Counted from the first letter of the stretch, positions 28,018 to 38,336 are shown. The stretch: 64,000 bases of DNA from Capsulimonadaceae bacterium (GCA_965215505.1 OZ244065.1:320001-384000); one strand, 5' to 3'. The notes: generated from the sequence alone by a model not told the origin. Numbers and translations are program-made.

Positions 28018-28830
28018 TCACCCGAAGAACTGCCGCAGGGACTCGGCGATGTGCCGCAGGCCGAGTTCGGGGGCGGCGGGGTAGCCGCTGACCTCCGCCG
28101 TGACGAAGCCGCCGTAGCCGATGCCGTCCAGGGCGGCCCGCACGGCGGCCCAGGGCACGTCCCCTTGCAGGGGGTTGGCGAAGCCCTGGATGCTGCCGAT
28201 CTCGGCCTTGAAGTCCTTCACATGCACCTTCTTGATGCGCGGCCCTAAGATCTCGATCCAGTGCTGCGGGTATCCGTAGGACAGGATGTTGCCCGCGTCA
28301 AAGTAGACGCCGACCCACGGGCTGTTCACCTCGTCCACGAACCGCGCCATTTCGAGTGGCGACAGCAGGAACTTGTTCCAGACGTTCTCCACGCCGATGA
28401 AGACGCCGGAGGCTTCGGCCTCGGGGGCAAGCTCCCGGAGCGCGGCTTGGGAACGCTCGTAGGCGACATCATACCGGATGTCGGCACTGACGATGCCCGG
28501 CACGCACAGGACGGTGTCCACGTCCAGCCACCGGGCGGCTTGGAGCGCGGCGCGCACCACCTCAATGCCCCGGCGGCGCACGTCGGGATCGTTCGCCGTC
28601 AGCGGGTACTTCCAGCCCAGGCCGCTGGACAGGCTGGACAGCGTGATGCCGGCTGCGTGGGCGCTGTCGGCGAGGCCGCGCACGGCGGCTTCGGTGCTGG
28701 TCAGGGCCAGCTCGCCCGTCTCGGCGATGTTGACCTCGATGCTGTCGAACCCAGCCGTTTTCGCGGCCTTGAAGCACTCGGCCAGGCTCCACTCGGGCGG
28801 CATGGTCCAGCGGTTGATGCCGATCTTCAT
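28018..28830 (-). CDS. Sugar phosphate isomerase/epimerase (xylose-isomerase-like TIM barrel)
   Basis: GFDSIE, GVENVWNKFLLSPLE, YFDAGN, VHVKDF, GDVPW, VTAE. Confidence 0.85.
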   Translation of the reverse strand: MKIGINRWTMPPEWSLAECFKAAKTAGFDSIEVNIAETGELALTSTEAAVRGLADSAHAAGITLSSLSSGLGWKYPLTANDPDVRRRGIEVVRAALQAARWLDVDTVLCVPGIVSADIRYDVAYERSQAALRELAPEAEASGVFIGVENVWNKFLLSPLEMARFVDEVNSPWVGVYFDAGNILSYGYPQHWIEILGPRIKKVHVKDFKAEIGSIQGFANPLQGDVPWAAVRAALDGIGYGGFVTAEVSGYPAAPELGLRHIAESLRQFFG

Positions 28831-28850
28831 GTAATTGTTCGCCTCAGTAT

Positions 28851-29010
28851 CCCACGGGGCTGAAAACCCCGTGCTTTGATAGAGCAAATCCCCGCTTTTC
28901 ACTCCGCTACGGAGCGCAGCGACTAGGAGGCGCGGGCATCAGAATGTCCTGAATCTTCGCCCTTACCCTCGGGGGCTTGCACTTCTAAAGCCCAGGGGTT
29001 CAGCCCTGGG
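28851..29010. repeat. Degenerate inverted pair of REP-like hairpins
   Basis: CACGGGGCTGAAAACCCCGTGCTTT and inverted AAAGCCCAGGGGTTCAGCCCTGGG. Confidence 0.5.
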
Positions 29011-29017
29011 TTGTGTC

Positions 29018-30010
29018 TCAGTTCTCCACCGCGACCGGCTGCCCCGTCTCGGCGGACCGGTAGGCGGCCAGGGCGACGGTGAGGGCGCGCAGGCCGTCCT
29101 CGCCGGTCGCGAGGTCCGGCGCGTCCTCGCCCGAACACCCTCGCAGGAAGTCGGCCACCAGCCCGGCGTCCATGCCGCTGCCCCAATGTGACCAGCCGAC
29201 GCGGCCCGCCGTGTCGTCATAGTGGATCAAGTTCTGGGCGAACATGTCCATGTCCAGGACGCCGCCCGTGCCGACCACCTGCATCGTCACGTCCCCCCAG
29301 GTCGGGAACGTCTTGGGGCGCGACCAGCTCGTGTCCAGCGTCGCGAACACGCCGTTGCCATACTTGATGCTCAGGAAGCCGGTGTCGTCCCACTCCTGAT
29401 GGTAGAAGCCGCTGCCGATCTCCGCCTGCACCTCGGTGGCCTCCCGCCCCAGCAGGACGCGGTTCAAGTCGGCCACATGGACGGTATGGTCAATCACCGC
29501 CCCCCCGCCCGAGAGCGACCGGTCGGTGAACCAGCCGCCCGGCATGGAACCCCGGTTGGTGCCTCGTATCGCCAGCACCTCGCCGATGGCCCCGGCCTGC
29601 ACACGCGCCCGGAGCCTCTGGAATGCGGGCGCGTAGCGGCAGGGGAAGGCGGTCGCCAGGCGTACCCCGCTTCCCGTGCAGAGCGTGACCATCGCCCGCG
29701 CGTCTTCCAAGGTGGTCGCCAGCGGCTTCTCGCACAAGATGGCTTTGACATTGGCGGCGACGGCCTTCTCGACAAGCGGCCGGTGGTGGACGTTCTCGCT
29801 AGTAATAATCACGCCGTCTAAGCCCTGGCCGAGCAGGGCGGCGTCGGTGTCAAAGTAGGCGGTCCCGAACTGCGTCGCCATCTTGACGCCGCGCGCCGGG
29901 TCCGGGTCGGCGATGCCGACGAATTCCGCGCCGGGGTGGGCGGCGAGCGCCGCCGCGTAGGAAGCGGCGTGCATGTGTGCGAATGAGAAAATGCCGATCT
30001 TGACTGTCAT
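29018..30010 (-). CDS. Gfo/Idh/MocA-family oxidoreductase
   Basis: ILCEKP, GGGAVIDHTVH. Confidence 0.9.
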   Translation of the reverse strand: MTVKIGIFSFAHMHAASYAAALAAHPGAEFVGIADPDPARGVKMATQFGTAYFDTDAALLGQGLDGVIITSENVHHRPLVEKAVAANVKAILCEKPLATTLEDARAMVTLCTGSGVRLATAFPCRYAPAFQRLRARVQAGAIGEVLAIRGTNRGSMPGGWFTDRSLSGGGAVIDHTVHVADLNRVLLGREATEVQAEIGSGFYHQEWDDTGFLSIKYGNGVFATLDTSWSRPKTFPTWGDVTMQVVGTGGVLDMDMFAQNLIHYDDTAGRVGWSHWGSGMDAGLVADFLRGCSGEDAPDLATGEDGLRALTVALAAYRSAETGQPVAVEN

Positions 30011-31017
30011 GCCAGTGTCACCGCCTTTCCCGTCTCGATGGACTCCAGCGCGGCCAGGGCGATCCGGGCCGCCTCGCGGGCGTCATAGACCGTCACCGGT
30101 GCCGGGACGCCGCCGTCGAGTGCCTGAATAAACGCGCTCAGTTCCAGAAAGTAGGGATTGTCGCCCGCCGTGAGCGGGCTTTCCGGCACGGCCACTCCGC
30201 CCCCGCCGCCGACTGCCGCGAGCGGCGAGAAGGTCAGCGGCGCGCTCCGGGCGCTGTCATGCTCGATCAGGCCCGCGTCGCCCGCCACTTCCAGGGTCGT
30301 GCGGAAGCCGCCGGGATGCGCCCACGAGCCGGAGACATGAGACACGGCACCCGACTGATGCCGCAGCGTGACGAGCGCGTAATCGCGCTTCCCGGCGTGT
30401 TCGGGCTTGCCGTATAATCCCTGGGCGAAGACGCGCGTGACCGGGCCGAAGGTCCAACGCAGCCAGTCGAAGTCGTGGACGATCATGTCCAGGACGACCC
30501 CGCCGCTCTGGGCCGAGTCGCCGTACCATGTCTTCCCCCCGCCCGGCATCCCGGCCAGGCGGGCGGTGCGGATCGCGGCGGGCTTGCCGACGCCGCCCGT
30601 GTCTACAATCCGCTTCGCGGCGGCATACTCGGGAAAGAAGCGCAGGACGTGGCCCGCCATCAGCGGGACGTTCGCCCGCTCGACGGCCGCGACGATGGCG
30701 TCACAGTCCGCCAGAGTCCGCGCCAAGGGCTTCTCCACGAAGACCGCCTTGCCCGCCGCCGCCGCCCGTTCCACATACTCCCGGTGCAGCGGAGTCGGGA
30801 CGCAGACGTCCACGATGTCCGGACTAGTCTGCCGCAGCAGGGCGTCAAACTCTTCTCTTCCAAACGCGGGGCAGGCGGCGGCCTCGGCCACCTTCGCGGC
30901 CTCCTCCCGGCTCTCGGCCAGGACGCCGACGACCTTCACGTCCGGTACGGCCTTCCACTGCCGCCCGTGTTCCCCGCCCATCGTCCCCGCCCCGATCAGT
31001 GCGATCCGATACGTCAT
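30007..31017 (-). CDS. Gfo/Idh/MocA-family oxidoreductase
   Basis: IGAGTMG, VFVEKP, SGGVVLDMIVHDFD. Confidence 0.9.
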   Translation of the reverse strand: MTYRIALIGAGTMGGEHGRQWKAVPDVKVVGVLAESREEAAKVAEAAACPAFGREEFDALLRQTSPDIVDVCVPTPLHREYVERAAAAGKAVFVEKPLARTLADCDAIVAAVERANVPLMAGHVLRFFPEYAAAKRIVDTGGVGKPAAIRTARLAGMPGGGKTWYGDSAQSGGVVLDMIVHDFDWLRWTFGPVTRVFAQGLYGKPEHAGKRDYALVTLRHQSGAVSHVSGSWAHPGGFRTTLEVAGDAGLIEHDSARSAPLTFSPLAAVGGGGGVAVPESPLTAGDNPYFLELSAFIQALDGGVPAPVTVYDAREAARIALAALESIETGKAVTLA

Positions 31018-31048
31018 GCTGTTTGATCCTCACATTAGCGTCGGTGGA

Positions 31049-31077
31049 ATTATAGGGGAGTTCAGGGCACTTGTCAA
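31049..31077 (-). promoter_or_regulatory. Perfect-consensus sigma70 promoter for the Gfo-Gfo-isomerase genes
   Basis: Minus strand TTGACA-17 nt-TATAAT. Confidence 0.8.
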
Positions 31078-31095
31078 CCGGGCTGCACGGCTAGG

Positions 31096-32133
31096 TCAGA
31101 GCAGGGCCGAGGCGACGACGTTGAGCCAGAGCCGGCGGAGGCGCAGGAAGCGGCTGCCGTCCTCGCCCCGGTTGACGACGCGGTTGGTGAGCAGCACCAG
31201 GGACGTGTCAACCGTCGGATCAATCAGCAAGGCCGTTCCGGTGAAGCCGGAGTGCCCGAAGGACTGGTCGGAGAAGAGGTCGCCCTGCGGCAGATAGTCG
31301 TTGCCGGGGCAGAACCAGCCGTAGGACTGCGCCCCGACCGAGGCGGGGATCTGGCTGGCCGCCATGCGCCGGGCCGAGGCGCGGGAAAGCAGCGGCCCGC
31401 CGCCGGTCCGGATCGCCTCGGCGTAGGCCAGGACGTCTTCCGCCGTCCCGAACAGCCCGGCGTGGCCCGCCACCCCGCCCATGTCCCGCGCCCGAGGGTC
31501 ATGCACGCGGCCCGGCGGCTCCGGCCCCGTCGGGGCGATGGAGCCGCGCTCACCTATCTGCGGCAGGAAGCCCAAAGTCTTCCGGCCGAGCGGGCCGGCG
31601 ACCCCGGCCTGGAAAAACGCCTCCAATGGCTGCCCAGCGATGCGGGCGATGATCTCCCCGAGCAGGATGTAGCCGGTATCCGAGTAGGTGTAGCCCGCCC
31701 CGGCGGGCCGCAGGGCGGGCGTCGTCAGGACGGCCTGGACCATGTCGCGCCGCGTAGGGTTCGTGCCCTCAGCAGGCCAGCGCGGGATGGGCGGCAGGCC
31801 CGAGGTGTGCGTCAGCAGGTGGCGAAGCTCCACGCCGCTCAGGTGGGGCAGGGGGCCGAACTCCGCTTCAAAGAACGGGTGGACCGGCTGCCGCAGGTGC
31901 AGTCGTCCCGCCTCGGCGAGCTGCAAGAGGCAGGTCGCGGTCGCCGTCGGCTTGGTGAGGGACGCCAGATCGAACCGCGTGTCGTCCGCCGCCGCCCCGA
32001 AGGCTTTCAGTGCGACCGGAACGCCCCCGCGCGCCAGCGCATACACGGCATGGGTGTAGAGGGCGTCCGCGGCGCCCGAGGCGAGGACGGCATCGGCGCG
32101 GGCGAGTCGTTCGGGCGAGACGGTGGGAGTCAT
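31096..32133 (-). CDS. Serine hydrolase, beta-lactamase family
   Basis: FDLASLTK, LLTHTSGL, YSD, GRVHDPRA..MGGVAGHAGLF, FGHSGFTGT, LLTNR. Confidence 0.85.
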   Translation of the reverse strand: MTPTVSPERLARADAVLASGAADALYTHAVYALARGGVPVALKAFGAAADDTRFDLASLTKPTATATCLLQLAEAGRLHLRQPVHPFFEAEFGPLPHLSGVELRHLLTHTSGLPPIPRWPAEGTNPTRRDMVQAVLTTPALRPAGAGYTYSDTGYILLGEIIARIAGQPLEAFFQAGVAGPLGRKTLGFLPQIGERGSIAPTGPEPPGRVHDPRARDMGGVAGHAGLFGTAEDVLAYAEAIRTGGGPLLSRASARRMAASQIPASVGAQSYGWFCPGNDYLPQGDLFSDQSFGHSGFTGTALLIDPTVDTSLVLLTNRVVNRGEDGSRFLRLRRLWLNVVASALL

Positions 32134-32203
32134 GGCCTGATGTTCGGGAAAGCCGTCGGTTTCTCCTGCCGCTGTGTATGGGAAGCCCCGGCCATGGAAG
32201 CCC

Positions 32204-32397
32204 CCGGCCATGAATGGCCGGGCTACTCGTGAATGAAAGTCGCTCCGCGACTGCGGACAGGGCGGAACAGAAGAAGAGGGCGCGGCGGGGACAAGAGGGC
32301 GCGGCAAGCAGCGCCCCTATGGCCCGCACACGTCCGGCCTTGATCTTTAACCGCGGAGCGGTTTCCATTCCAGAGTAGCCCGGCCATTCATGGCCGG
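32204..32397. repeat. REPIN-like inverted pair (family C) enclosing a family A REP
   Basis: CCGGCCATGAATGGCCGGGCTAC...GTAGCCCGGCCATTCATGGCCGG with family A copy at 32296-32320. Confidence 0.7.
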
Positions 32398-32512
32398 TTC
32401 TGTCTTTGCGGGCGCTCAAAGAGGCACAGGTCATCGGCCTGCGGGGGCGGTGGGTGGAAGTGCTGGACGGCGTGGAGCTGCGGCGCATCGCCAGGGCCGA
32501 TTGACAGGCCGG

Positions 32513-32728
32513 TCAGTAGCCGCGCCGCGCCGCCCAGACCATCGCGGCCAGGCAGAGGACGCCCAGGCCGGACAGCAGGAGCGGGGACCGGACGAGCGAG
32601 GACAGGACGACCAGCGCCAGCCCGGCGATGAGCGCGGGGGCGGCGGACTGCTTCTTGCCGTAGACGAGGCAGCCCGCCCCGACGGTCCCCCAGACCATGG
32701 AGGCCAGCAGGAAGTTGATGTCGAACAT
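32513..32728 (-). CDS. Small hydrophobic membrane protein (71 aa)
   Basis: WGTVGAGCLVYGKKQ followed by hydrophobic helices. Confidence 0.65.
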   Translation of the reverse strand: MFDINFLLASMVWGTVGAGCLVYGKKQSAAPALIAGLALVVLSSLVRSPLLLSGLGVLCLAAMVWAARRGY

Positions 32729-32768
32729 GCCGCCATTGTCGGCGGGCGGCGGACGCTTTTGGAGGGCT

Positions 32769-33632
32769 TCAGCGGGACGGGACCAGGCGATGGCGGACCA
32801 GAGCCGCCGCCTTCTCCAATCCCGTCGTGCGGGCGCGGTGGCGGAAGACGTCGTAGCCGTTCTCCTCGATCTTGTCCAGGATGCGGCTGTAGAGGGTGCG
32901 GGCCAGGACGACGGGGAGGCGTCCCTCAGACGGGATGTATTTCATGCCCGTGTCGGCGGACTCGTAGAAGGAGCGGGCGCGGGCGATCTCGAAGCGCATC
33001 AGGGCGATGAACTCGTCATTGACGCAGCCCGCCGCCAGCATGGCCGGGGAGTAGCCGAAGCGTTCCATGTCTTCGAGCGGGAGGTAGATGCGCCCGCGCG
33101 TCGCCCAGTCCTCGCCGATGTCGCGCCAGAAGTTCGTGAGTTGCATGGCAAGCCCCAGGTCATGGGCGGGTCCCAACGCGGCCGGGTCACGCGCGCCGAT
33201 GACGTGGCACATCATCAGGCCGACGACCGAGGCGCTGCCGTAGGTGTAGGTGAGCAGGTCGTCGAAGGTCTGGTAGCGGCTGCGCGTCAGGTCCATCTTC
33301 ATGGCGTCTAAAAAGGCCATCGGGTACTCGGGCGGCATGGAGTGGCGGCGGGCCATGTCCGCGAAAGCGTGCAGGACGGGCAGGTCCGACCCGCCCGTCT
33401 TCAGGGCGTCCAGGGTCGCCTCCCGGTAGTTCTCCAATGAGGCGGCGGGGTCGGAGCCGGGCGGCGGGTTGTCCACGATCTCGTCGGGGTAGCGGACGAA
33501 CCCATAAAGCGCATGGACGCTGCGGCGGACGGCGGGCGGGAAGAACAAGGTGCTGAAGTAGTAGGTCTTCCCGTGGTGGGCGTTCAGCCGTTTCGCGTGG
33601 GCGTAGGCCACATCGAGTTCAGAGAGGGCCAT
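32769..33632 (-). CDS. crtB: Phytoene synthase
   Basis: KTYY, LYGFVRYPDEIVD, ASVVGLM, LGLAMQLTNFWRDIGED..RGRIYLP. Confidence 0.93.
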   Translation of the reverse strand: MALSELDVAYAHAKRLNAHHGKTYYFSTLFFPPAVRRSVHALYGFVRYPDEIVDNPPPGSDPAASLENYREATLDALKTGGSDLPVLHAFADMARRHSMPPEYPMAFLDAMKMDLTRSRYQTFDDLLTYTYGSASVVGLMMCHVIGARDPAALGPAHDLGLAMQLTNFWRDIGEDWATRGRIYLPLEDMERFGYSPAMLAAGCVNDEFIALMRFEIARARSFYESADTGMKYIPSEGRLPVVLARTLYSRILDKIEENGYDVFRHRARTTGLEKAAALVRHRLVPSR

Positions 33633-33644
33633 GAGAAAAGCTTT

Positions 33645-35156
33645 CTAATCGAGATCGGCCAGGATGCGTTCGGTGACCAGTTTGGCCCCCAGGCAGACCA
33701 GGGGGACGCCGGTTCCGGGGACGGTGCTGGCCCCGACGAAGTACAGCCCGTCCACGTTGGGTGCCTTGTTCGACGGGCGGAACCATCCCACCTGCAAAAT
33801 GCCGTGGGATAGCCCGAAAGCGGCTCCGTATTTGAGGTTGTACTGGTCGCGCCACTCGTGCGGCGTGACCACCTGCTCCACGACGACGTGCTTGCGGAGG
33901 TCGGTCAGGCCGCGCGCCTCCATCCTGTCATAGACCTTGGCCTTGAAGCGGGCGACCTGGTCGTCGTCCCAGCGCATCTGGTCGGTCAGGTGGGGGATGG
34001 GGACTAGGACGAACAGGTTGTCCCCACCGGGCGGCGCGACGGTCGGGTCGGTCCGGCCCGGCGCGTTGACATAGAACGAAGGGTCGCGCGGCGGGACCTT
34101 GGCGTCGAAGATCTCCTCGAAGTTTCGCTTGTAGTCCGACGACAGGAAGAAGTTGTGGTGCTTCAAGTCCGGGTAGACCCGGTCCGTGCCCAGATAGAGC
34201 ATGAAGGCGGACGACGTAAACGGCGTCTTCTTCCAGTTCGCCTCGGCGAACTTCGCGGGCCGCTCACTCAGGAGGTCGGTGTAGGTGTAGGGCAGGTCCA
34301 CGTTGGAAATGACCAGGTCGGCGGTCACCACGTCGCCGTCCACGCAGACGCCGCGCGCGCGGCCGTCCTTGACCATGATCTGCGTGACGTTCCGGCCCGT
34401 CTCGATCTCGACGCCCAGCTTCTTCGCCACGGCCGCCATCGCCAGCGGCAGCGCATAGATGCCGCCCTCCGGGTAGTACAATCCGTCCTCGGCAAGCTCC
34501 GTGTAGGGCAGCAGCGTGTAGACGGCAGGCGCTTCAAACGGCGAGATGCCCAGATACATGGACTGCATGGAGAAGGCCTGGCGCAGAGCGTCGCTCTGGA
34601 AGAACTGCGAGACGTGCGTGTAGAGCTTGTCCAGGGCGTTGAGCTGGCCGAGCAGTTTGAGGTTGGGGGCGCTGAAGAAGTCGGTCGCCTTGTTGAAGTT
34701 CTTTTCGACGAACTTCTCGCGCCCGATGCGGTACTTCTTCCCGGCGTCTTCGAGGAAGCGGTAGTACCCGGACGTGACGCCCGGCTCGATGCGCTCCAGT
34801 TCGGCGACCATCTTGGGCAGGTCGCTGGACATCTCCATGCTTTTGCCGTCGCCGAAGTGGACCGCGTAGTTCGGCTCCATCTTGATGAGCCGGACCCAGG
34901 AGTCGAAGTCCTCGCCGCAGGCCGCGAACAGGTCGCGGTAGACGTCGGTCATGAGGAGCAGGGAAGGGCCGGTGTCGAACCGGAAGCCCTCCACCTCGCG
35001 GATGTTCGCCCGCCCGCCGACGGTGTCGTTCTTCTCCAAGACCGTGACTTGAAAGCTGCCCGTCGCTTGCAGCCGCATGGCCGTCGCCATGCCCCCGATG
35101 CCTGCGCCGATGATGAGGACGCGTTTGGTGCGCTGTCCCGATTCGTGTGTGACCAT
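33645..35156 (-). CDS. crtI: Phytoene desaturase family protein
   Basis: IGAGIGG, GGRA, FRFDTGPS, YPEGG, LYFVGASTVPGTGVP; adjacent to crtB. Confidence 0.9.
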   Translation of the reverse strand: MVTHESGQRTKRVLIIGAGIGGMATAMRLQATGSFQVTVLEKNDTVGGRANIREVEGFRFDTGPSLLLMTDVYRDLFAACGEDFDSWVRLIKMEPNYAVHFGDGKSMEMSSDLPKMVAELERIEPGVTSGYYRFLEDAGKKYRIGREKFVEKNFNKATDFFSAPNLKLLGQLNALDKLYTHVSQFFQSDALRQAFSMQSMYLGISPFEAPAVYTLLPYTELAEDGLYYPEGGIYALPLAMAAVAKKLGVEIETGRNVTQIMVKDGRARGVCVDGDVVTADLVISNVDLPYTYTDLLSERPAKFAEANWKKTPFTSSAFMLYLGTDRVYPDLKHHNFFLSSDYKRNFEEIFDAKVPPRDPSFYVNAPGRTDPTVAPPGGDNLFVLVPIPHLTDQMRWDDDQVARFKAKVYDRMEARGLTDLRKHVVVEQVVTPHEWRDQYNLKYGAAFGLSHGILQVGWFRPSNKAPNVDGLYFVGASTVPGTGVPLVCLGAKLVTERILADLD

Positions 35157-35217
35157 GAGTGTTCCGTTCTAAACGTGTCCATTATACCCAGATCGCGCAC
35201 ACTCGCCTGTCGGCCTG

Positions 35218-36381
35218 CTATCGTTCCGGCAAGAGCGGGATCGTGAAGCGAAACGTACTGCCCCGGCCGGGCGCGCTCTCGACCTCGATCCGGCCGCCGT
35301 GCGCCTCGACGGCGAGTTTACAGAACGTCAGGCCGAGGCCCGTACTCATGGTGCGCCCTCCCTGGCGTGAGGCCACCTGGCCGAACTTCTCGAAGATGCG
35401 CCCGAAGGCTTCGGCGGGGATGCCCTCGCCCGTATCGCGCACGGAGAACAGCAGCGCCTCCCGCCCCGCGCCGTGGTACGCGGCGACCGTCACCGTGACC
35501 GTCACCGTCCCGCCCGAGGGGGTGAACTTGAGGGCGTTGCCCAAAAGATTGACGAGGACACGGCGCAGCTTGTTTTCGTCGCCCGGCAGCGGGGGCAGGT
35601 CGTCGGCGACCTGCTGGACGAGCCTCAGCTTCTGGCTTTCGGCAAGTGAGGCGACCTGGCTCACGGCGGAGGCCACGAGGTCGGCCGGGGACAGCGCGGC
35701 GTAATCCAGCGGCATGGAGCCGGACTCCAGCTTCTCCACATCCAGCAGGTCGTTGATCATGCCCAGAAGCACCTGCCCGCCGACGACCGCGATGTCCATC
35801 ATCTCCCGCTGGTCTTCGTTCAAGTCGCCGATCATGCCCAGCGTCTGCATCCCGGCGATCACCGACGTCAGCGGCGTGCGGAGGTCGTGGATGATCATGT
35901 GGGTCAGGTCGTCGCGCAGCTTTTCGAGTTCCTGGAGCCGGCGGTAGCTCTCCTGTAGCTCCGAGGTGAAGTGGAGTTCCAGGTCGCGGACGCGCCGCCG
36001 TTCCGTGACGTCCTCCAGGGCCAGCACCAGCAGTTCCGTGTGATTGCCGGCGCGCAGCCGGCGGGCGTTGAGCAGCATCGAGCGCCGCCCGATGGAGGGG
36101 AAGTCGTGTTCCAGCTCGTAGCCGTTGAAGACCGAGCTTTGGGGGATGATGTCTTCGAGGAGTGTCCGCAGGGCGGGGATGTCCCACTGGCCGTTACCCA
36201 GCTCGTAGATGAGGCGGCCTTCGGTTTCCTCCGGGGAGACGTGGAAGGCCTGATAGAAGGCGCGGTTGGCGCTGCGGACGCGCAGCGCGGCGTCGAGGAT
36301 CAGGAGCGGCTCGCGCACCGTGTCCACGATGTTCTGGGCGAAGTTCTGGATGTCCTCAACCAATGGCTTTCGTTGTCTCAT
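35218..36381 (-). CDS. Cytoplasmic PAS-domain sensor histidine kinase
   Basis: PAS (VDTVREPLLILD...SANRAFY); HDLRTPL; NLLGNALKF; DTGEGI; GLGL. Confidence 0.9.
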   Translation of the reverse strand: MRQRKPLVEDIQNFAQNIVDTVREPLLILDAALRVRSANRAFYQAFHVSPEETEGRLIYELGNGQWDIPALRTLLEDIIPQSSVFNGYELEHDFPSIGRRSMLLNARRLRAGNHTELLVLALEDVTERRRVRDLELHFTSELQESYRRLQELEKLRDDLTHMIIHDLRTPLTSVIAGMQTLGMIGDLNEDQREMMDIAVVGGQVLLGMINDLLDVEKLESGSMPLDYAALSPADLVASAVSQVASLAESQKLRLVQQVADDLPPLPGDENKLRRVLVNLLGNALKFTPSGGTVTVTVTVAAYHGAGREALLFSVRDTGEGIPAEAFGRIFEKFGQVASRQGGRTMSTGLGLTFCKLAVEAHGGRIEVESAPGRGSTFRFTIPLLPER

Positions 36382-36531
36382 GGACCTCCACACTCATGGC
36401 AGCCTGCCGCGTCTCACACACGACTTTATGGCTACTCCCGTGTTTTTACATTCCCCTCGTTGTACTCTGGTAAACTAGATGACGTCGGACGGGCGGCAGA
36501 GCAGAACGTGAGAATAGGAGAAAGATCAAGC

Positions 36532-36876
36532 ATGAGCGGCACGAACGGGGGAAACCCCTGGATCGAGATGGTAGAGGGCGTCCGGCGGCGCACGACGGTC
36601 AGTGGGCCGGCCATGTCCCAGATGGTCGTGACCCTGGAAGCGGGGCGGCACCTGCCGGAGCATCACCACGCGCAGGAGCAGATCGTGCATGTGGTCCGGG
36701 GGCGGCTCCGCGTCAACGTCGGCGGCGTGCCGCAGGAGGTCGGGGCGGGGGAGTCTTTGTACCTGGCCGCCGACGTGCCGCATTCGGTGGACGTGCTGGC
36801 GGAGGCCCTGGTGGTGGACACATTCAGCCCGCCGCGCGCCGACCTGCTGGCACAGGACGCGGCGGCACGGGGGTAA
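36532..36876 (+). CDS. Cupin domain protein
   Basis: PEHHHAQEQ...PHSV...DTFSPPRAD (C-terminal part of track ORF 35971-36876). Confidence 0.85.
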   Translation: MSGTNGGNPWIEMVEGVRRRTTVSGPAMSQMVVTLEAGRHLPEHHHAQEQIVHVVRGRLRVNVGGVPQEVGAGESLYLAADVPHSVDVLAEALVVDTFSPPRADLLAQDAAARG

Positions 36877-36905
36877 CAAGACAGGCGGAAAAGGAGGGCG
36901 GGGCA

Positions 36906-36931
36906 GAGGGCGGGGCTTCGGCCCCGCCCTC
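36906..36931. terminator. GC-rich hairpin between convergent genes (possible terminator)
   Basis: GAGGGCGGGGC-TTCG-GCCCCGCCCTC; no clear U-tract. Confidence 0.45.
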
Positions 36932-36940
36932 CTCGCTTGG

Positions 36941-38263
36941 CTAGGCGGCGAGCCGGCGGATGACGGTGTGGTAATCGTACTCGGCCTGGAAGAGCGCGCG
37001 GTCGCCCCAGCCGTAGCCGACGCGCAGGGCGTCGCCGACGCGGTAGAGGGAGATGGGGAAGGCGACGCGCTTGGTATCAAACAGCTCCCCCGCCCCCTGG
37101 TAGCAGCGCGGGACGTCGTCGGGCGTCAGGGCGCGCAGGCAGGACTTGACGCGCGGGGCGTCGTTCTCGTCGAAGTCCAGCCAGACAACCCAGCCCTCGT
37201 ACTGCTCCTCGATGTCCGGGTAGGCCGGGTCGTGCGTCTCGGGATGGTCGGGGTTGTTGCGCTCCAGGACGACGTGGATCAGCCCGATGTGGCCGCCGAT
37301 CTCGGGGGCGGGGAGGAAGTTGCTGCCCAGGCCGACCCGGTTCACCCGCGACCAGACCTCCGGGCCGATGGCGTTCGGCAGGCAGTCCACGAAGCCGCAC
37401 AGGCCGTAGCCGCCCAGACCGGCGGGGTCGCGGCTCTCGAAGTACGGCAGCAGCTTCGTCTCGCTCATCGAGCGCGCCCCGATCAGCACCTTGTCCCCGA
37501 GCGGGGAAGGCAGACGCACCGAGTTCTTGTAGGACTCGACGTGCAGCTCGTCTATGGCGTTGCCGACGATCCCCTTCACCCAGACGTTCTCGCCAAGCTC
37601 GGTCAGGAACAGGTCGTCCGGTGTGCCGGACTTGCCCGGCACGAACTCGATGCCGCCGAACAGGTGCTGGAGTTCGAGCTGCGCGGGCCGCTCCTCCGGG
37701 TCGAGGTAGCCGCCGTAGACGCCGACGTCGTGGATGAACAGGCCGTCCGGCAGGACGACCTTGCCCCGGTAGCCCTGGCCGGTCACGAAGAAGCCGGGCC
37801 GGCCGTCGGGCAGCGTGACGGGGGACTGGCGGACGTCCTCCATGATGACGCCCTCCGGGTTGGCGTCGTACCACAGGCTGCCGGCGCGCGGCGGACATTG
37901 CGGGGGGGATGTGCGCGGGCCGCGGATGCGCGTGAAGGGGAACCGCCGGGCCATGTCGTAGACGTTGTGCATGCCGTGCATGGCGTCTTCCGGCAGGTAG
38001 AACAGGATGTTGGTCGAGTACAGCTCGCGCGTGAACGGGTCCTTGATGCGCGACAGGCGAACCGTCACCCCGAAGGTGGCGCGGCCCGTCTCGGCGTCGG
38101 CCCAGGACTGGATGGGGCCGTTGAAGGCCGCCTCCCAGGCTTTGCCCGGCTTGCGCGCCTCGACGCCGAACTCGTGGACGGTGTGCGGGAGGACCTGGAG
38201 GTCCACCAGGGACGGCTTCGATGCATACAGGTGGGGCGAATCCAAAACGGCGCAATCGTTCAT
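36941..38263 (-). CDS. Hypothetical protein, possible divergent five-bladed beta-propeller glycosidase (GH130-like)
   Basis: AAFNG, MEDVR, KNSV, VAFPISL...VGYGWGD resemble GH130-like AFNP/EDPR/KN/VFP..YGxxD. Confidence 0.5.
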   Translation of the reverse strand: MNDCAVLDSPHLYASKPSLVDLQVLPHTVHEFGVEARKPGKAWEAAFNGPIQSWADAETGRATFGVTVRLSRIKDPFTRELYSTNILFYLPEDAMHGMHNVYDMARRFPFTRIRGPRTSPPQCPPRAGSLWYDANPEGVIMEDVRQSPVTLPDGRPGFFVTGQGYRGKVVLPDGLFIHDVGVYGGYLDPEERPAQLELQHLFGGIEFVPGKSGTPDDLFLTELGENVWVKGIVGNAIDELHVESYKNSVRLPSPLGDKVLIGARSMSETKLLPYFESRDPAGLGGYGLCGFVDCLPNAIGPEVWSRVNRVGLGSNFLPAPEIGGHIGLIHVVLERNNPDHPETHDPAYPDIEEQYEGWVVWLDFDENDAPRVKSCLRALTPDDVPRCYQGAGELFDTKRVAFPISLYRVGDALRVGYGWGDRALFQAEYDYHTVIRRLAA

Positions 38264-38336
38264 GCGGCGAACCTTCTCCCTGCGAAACGCAGGCTCTATT
38301 TCTTGCTTGGTGATGTTATCGGTTTTTCTCCGACAA

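Noticed and set aside
24622-32133. Two beta-lactamase-family genes as antibiotic resistance determinants
   Set aside because: No signal peptides, and motifs match general serine hydrolases/esterases.
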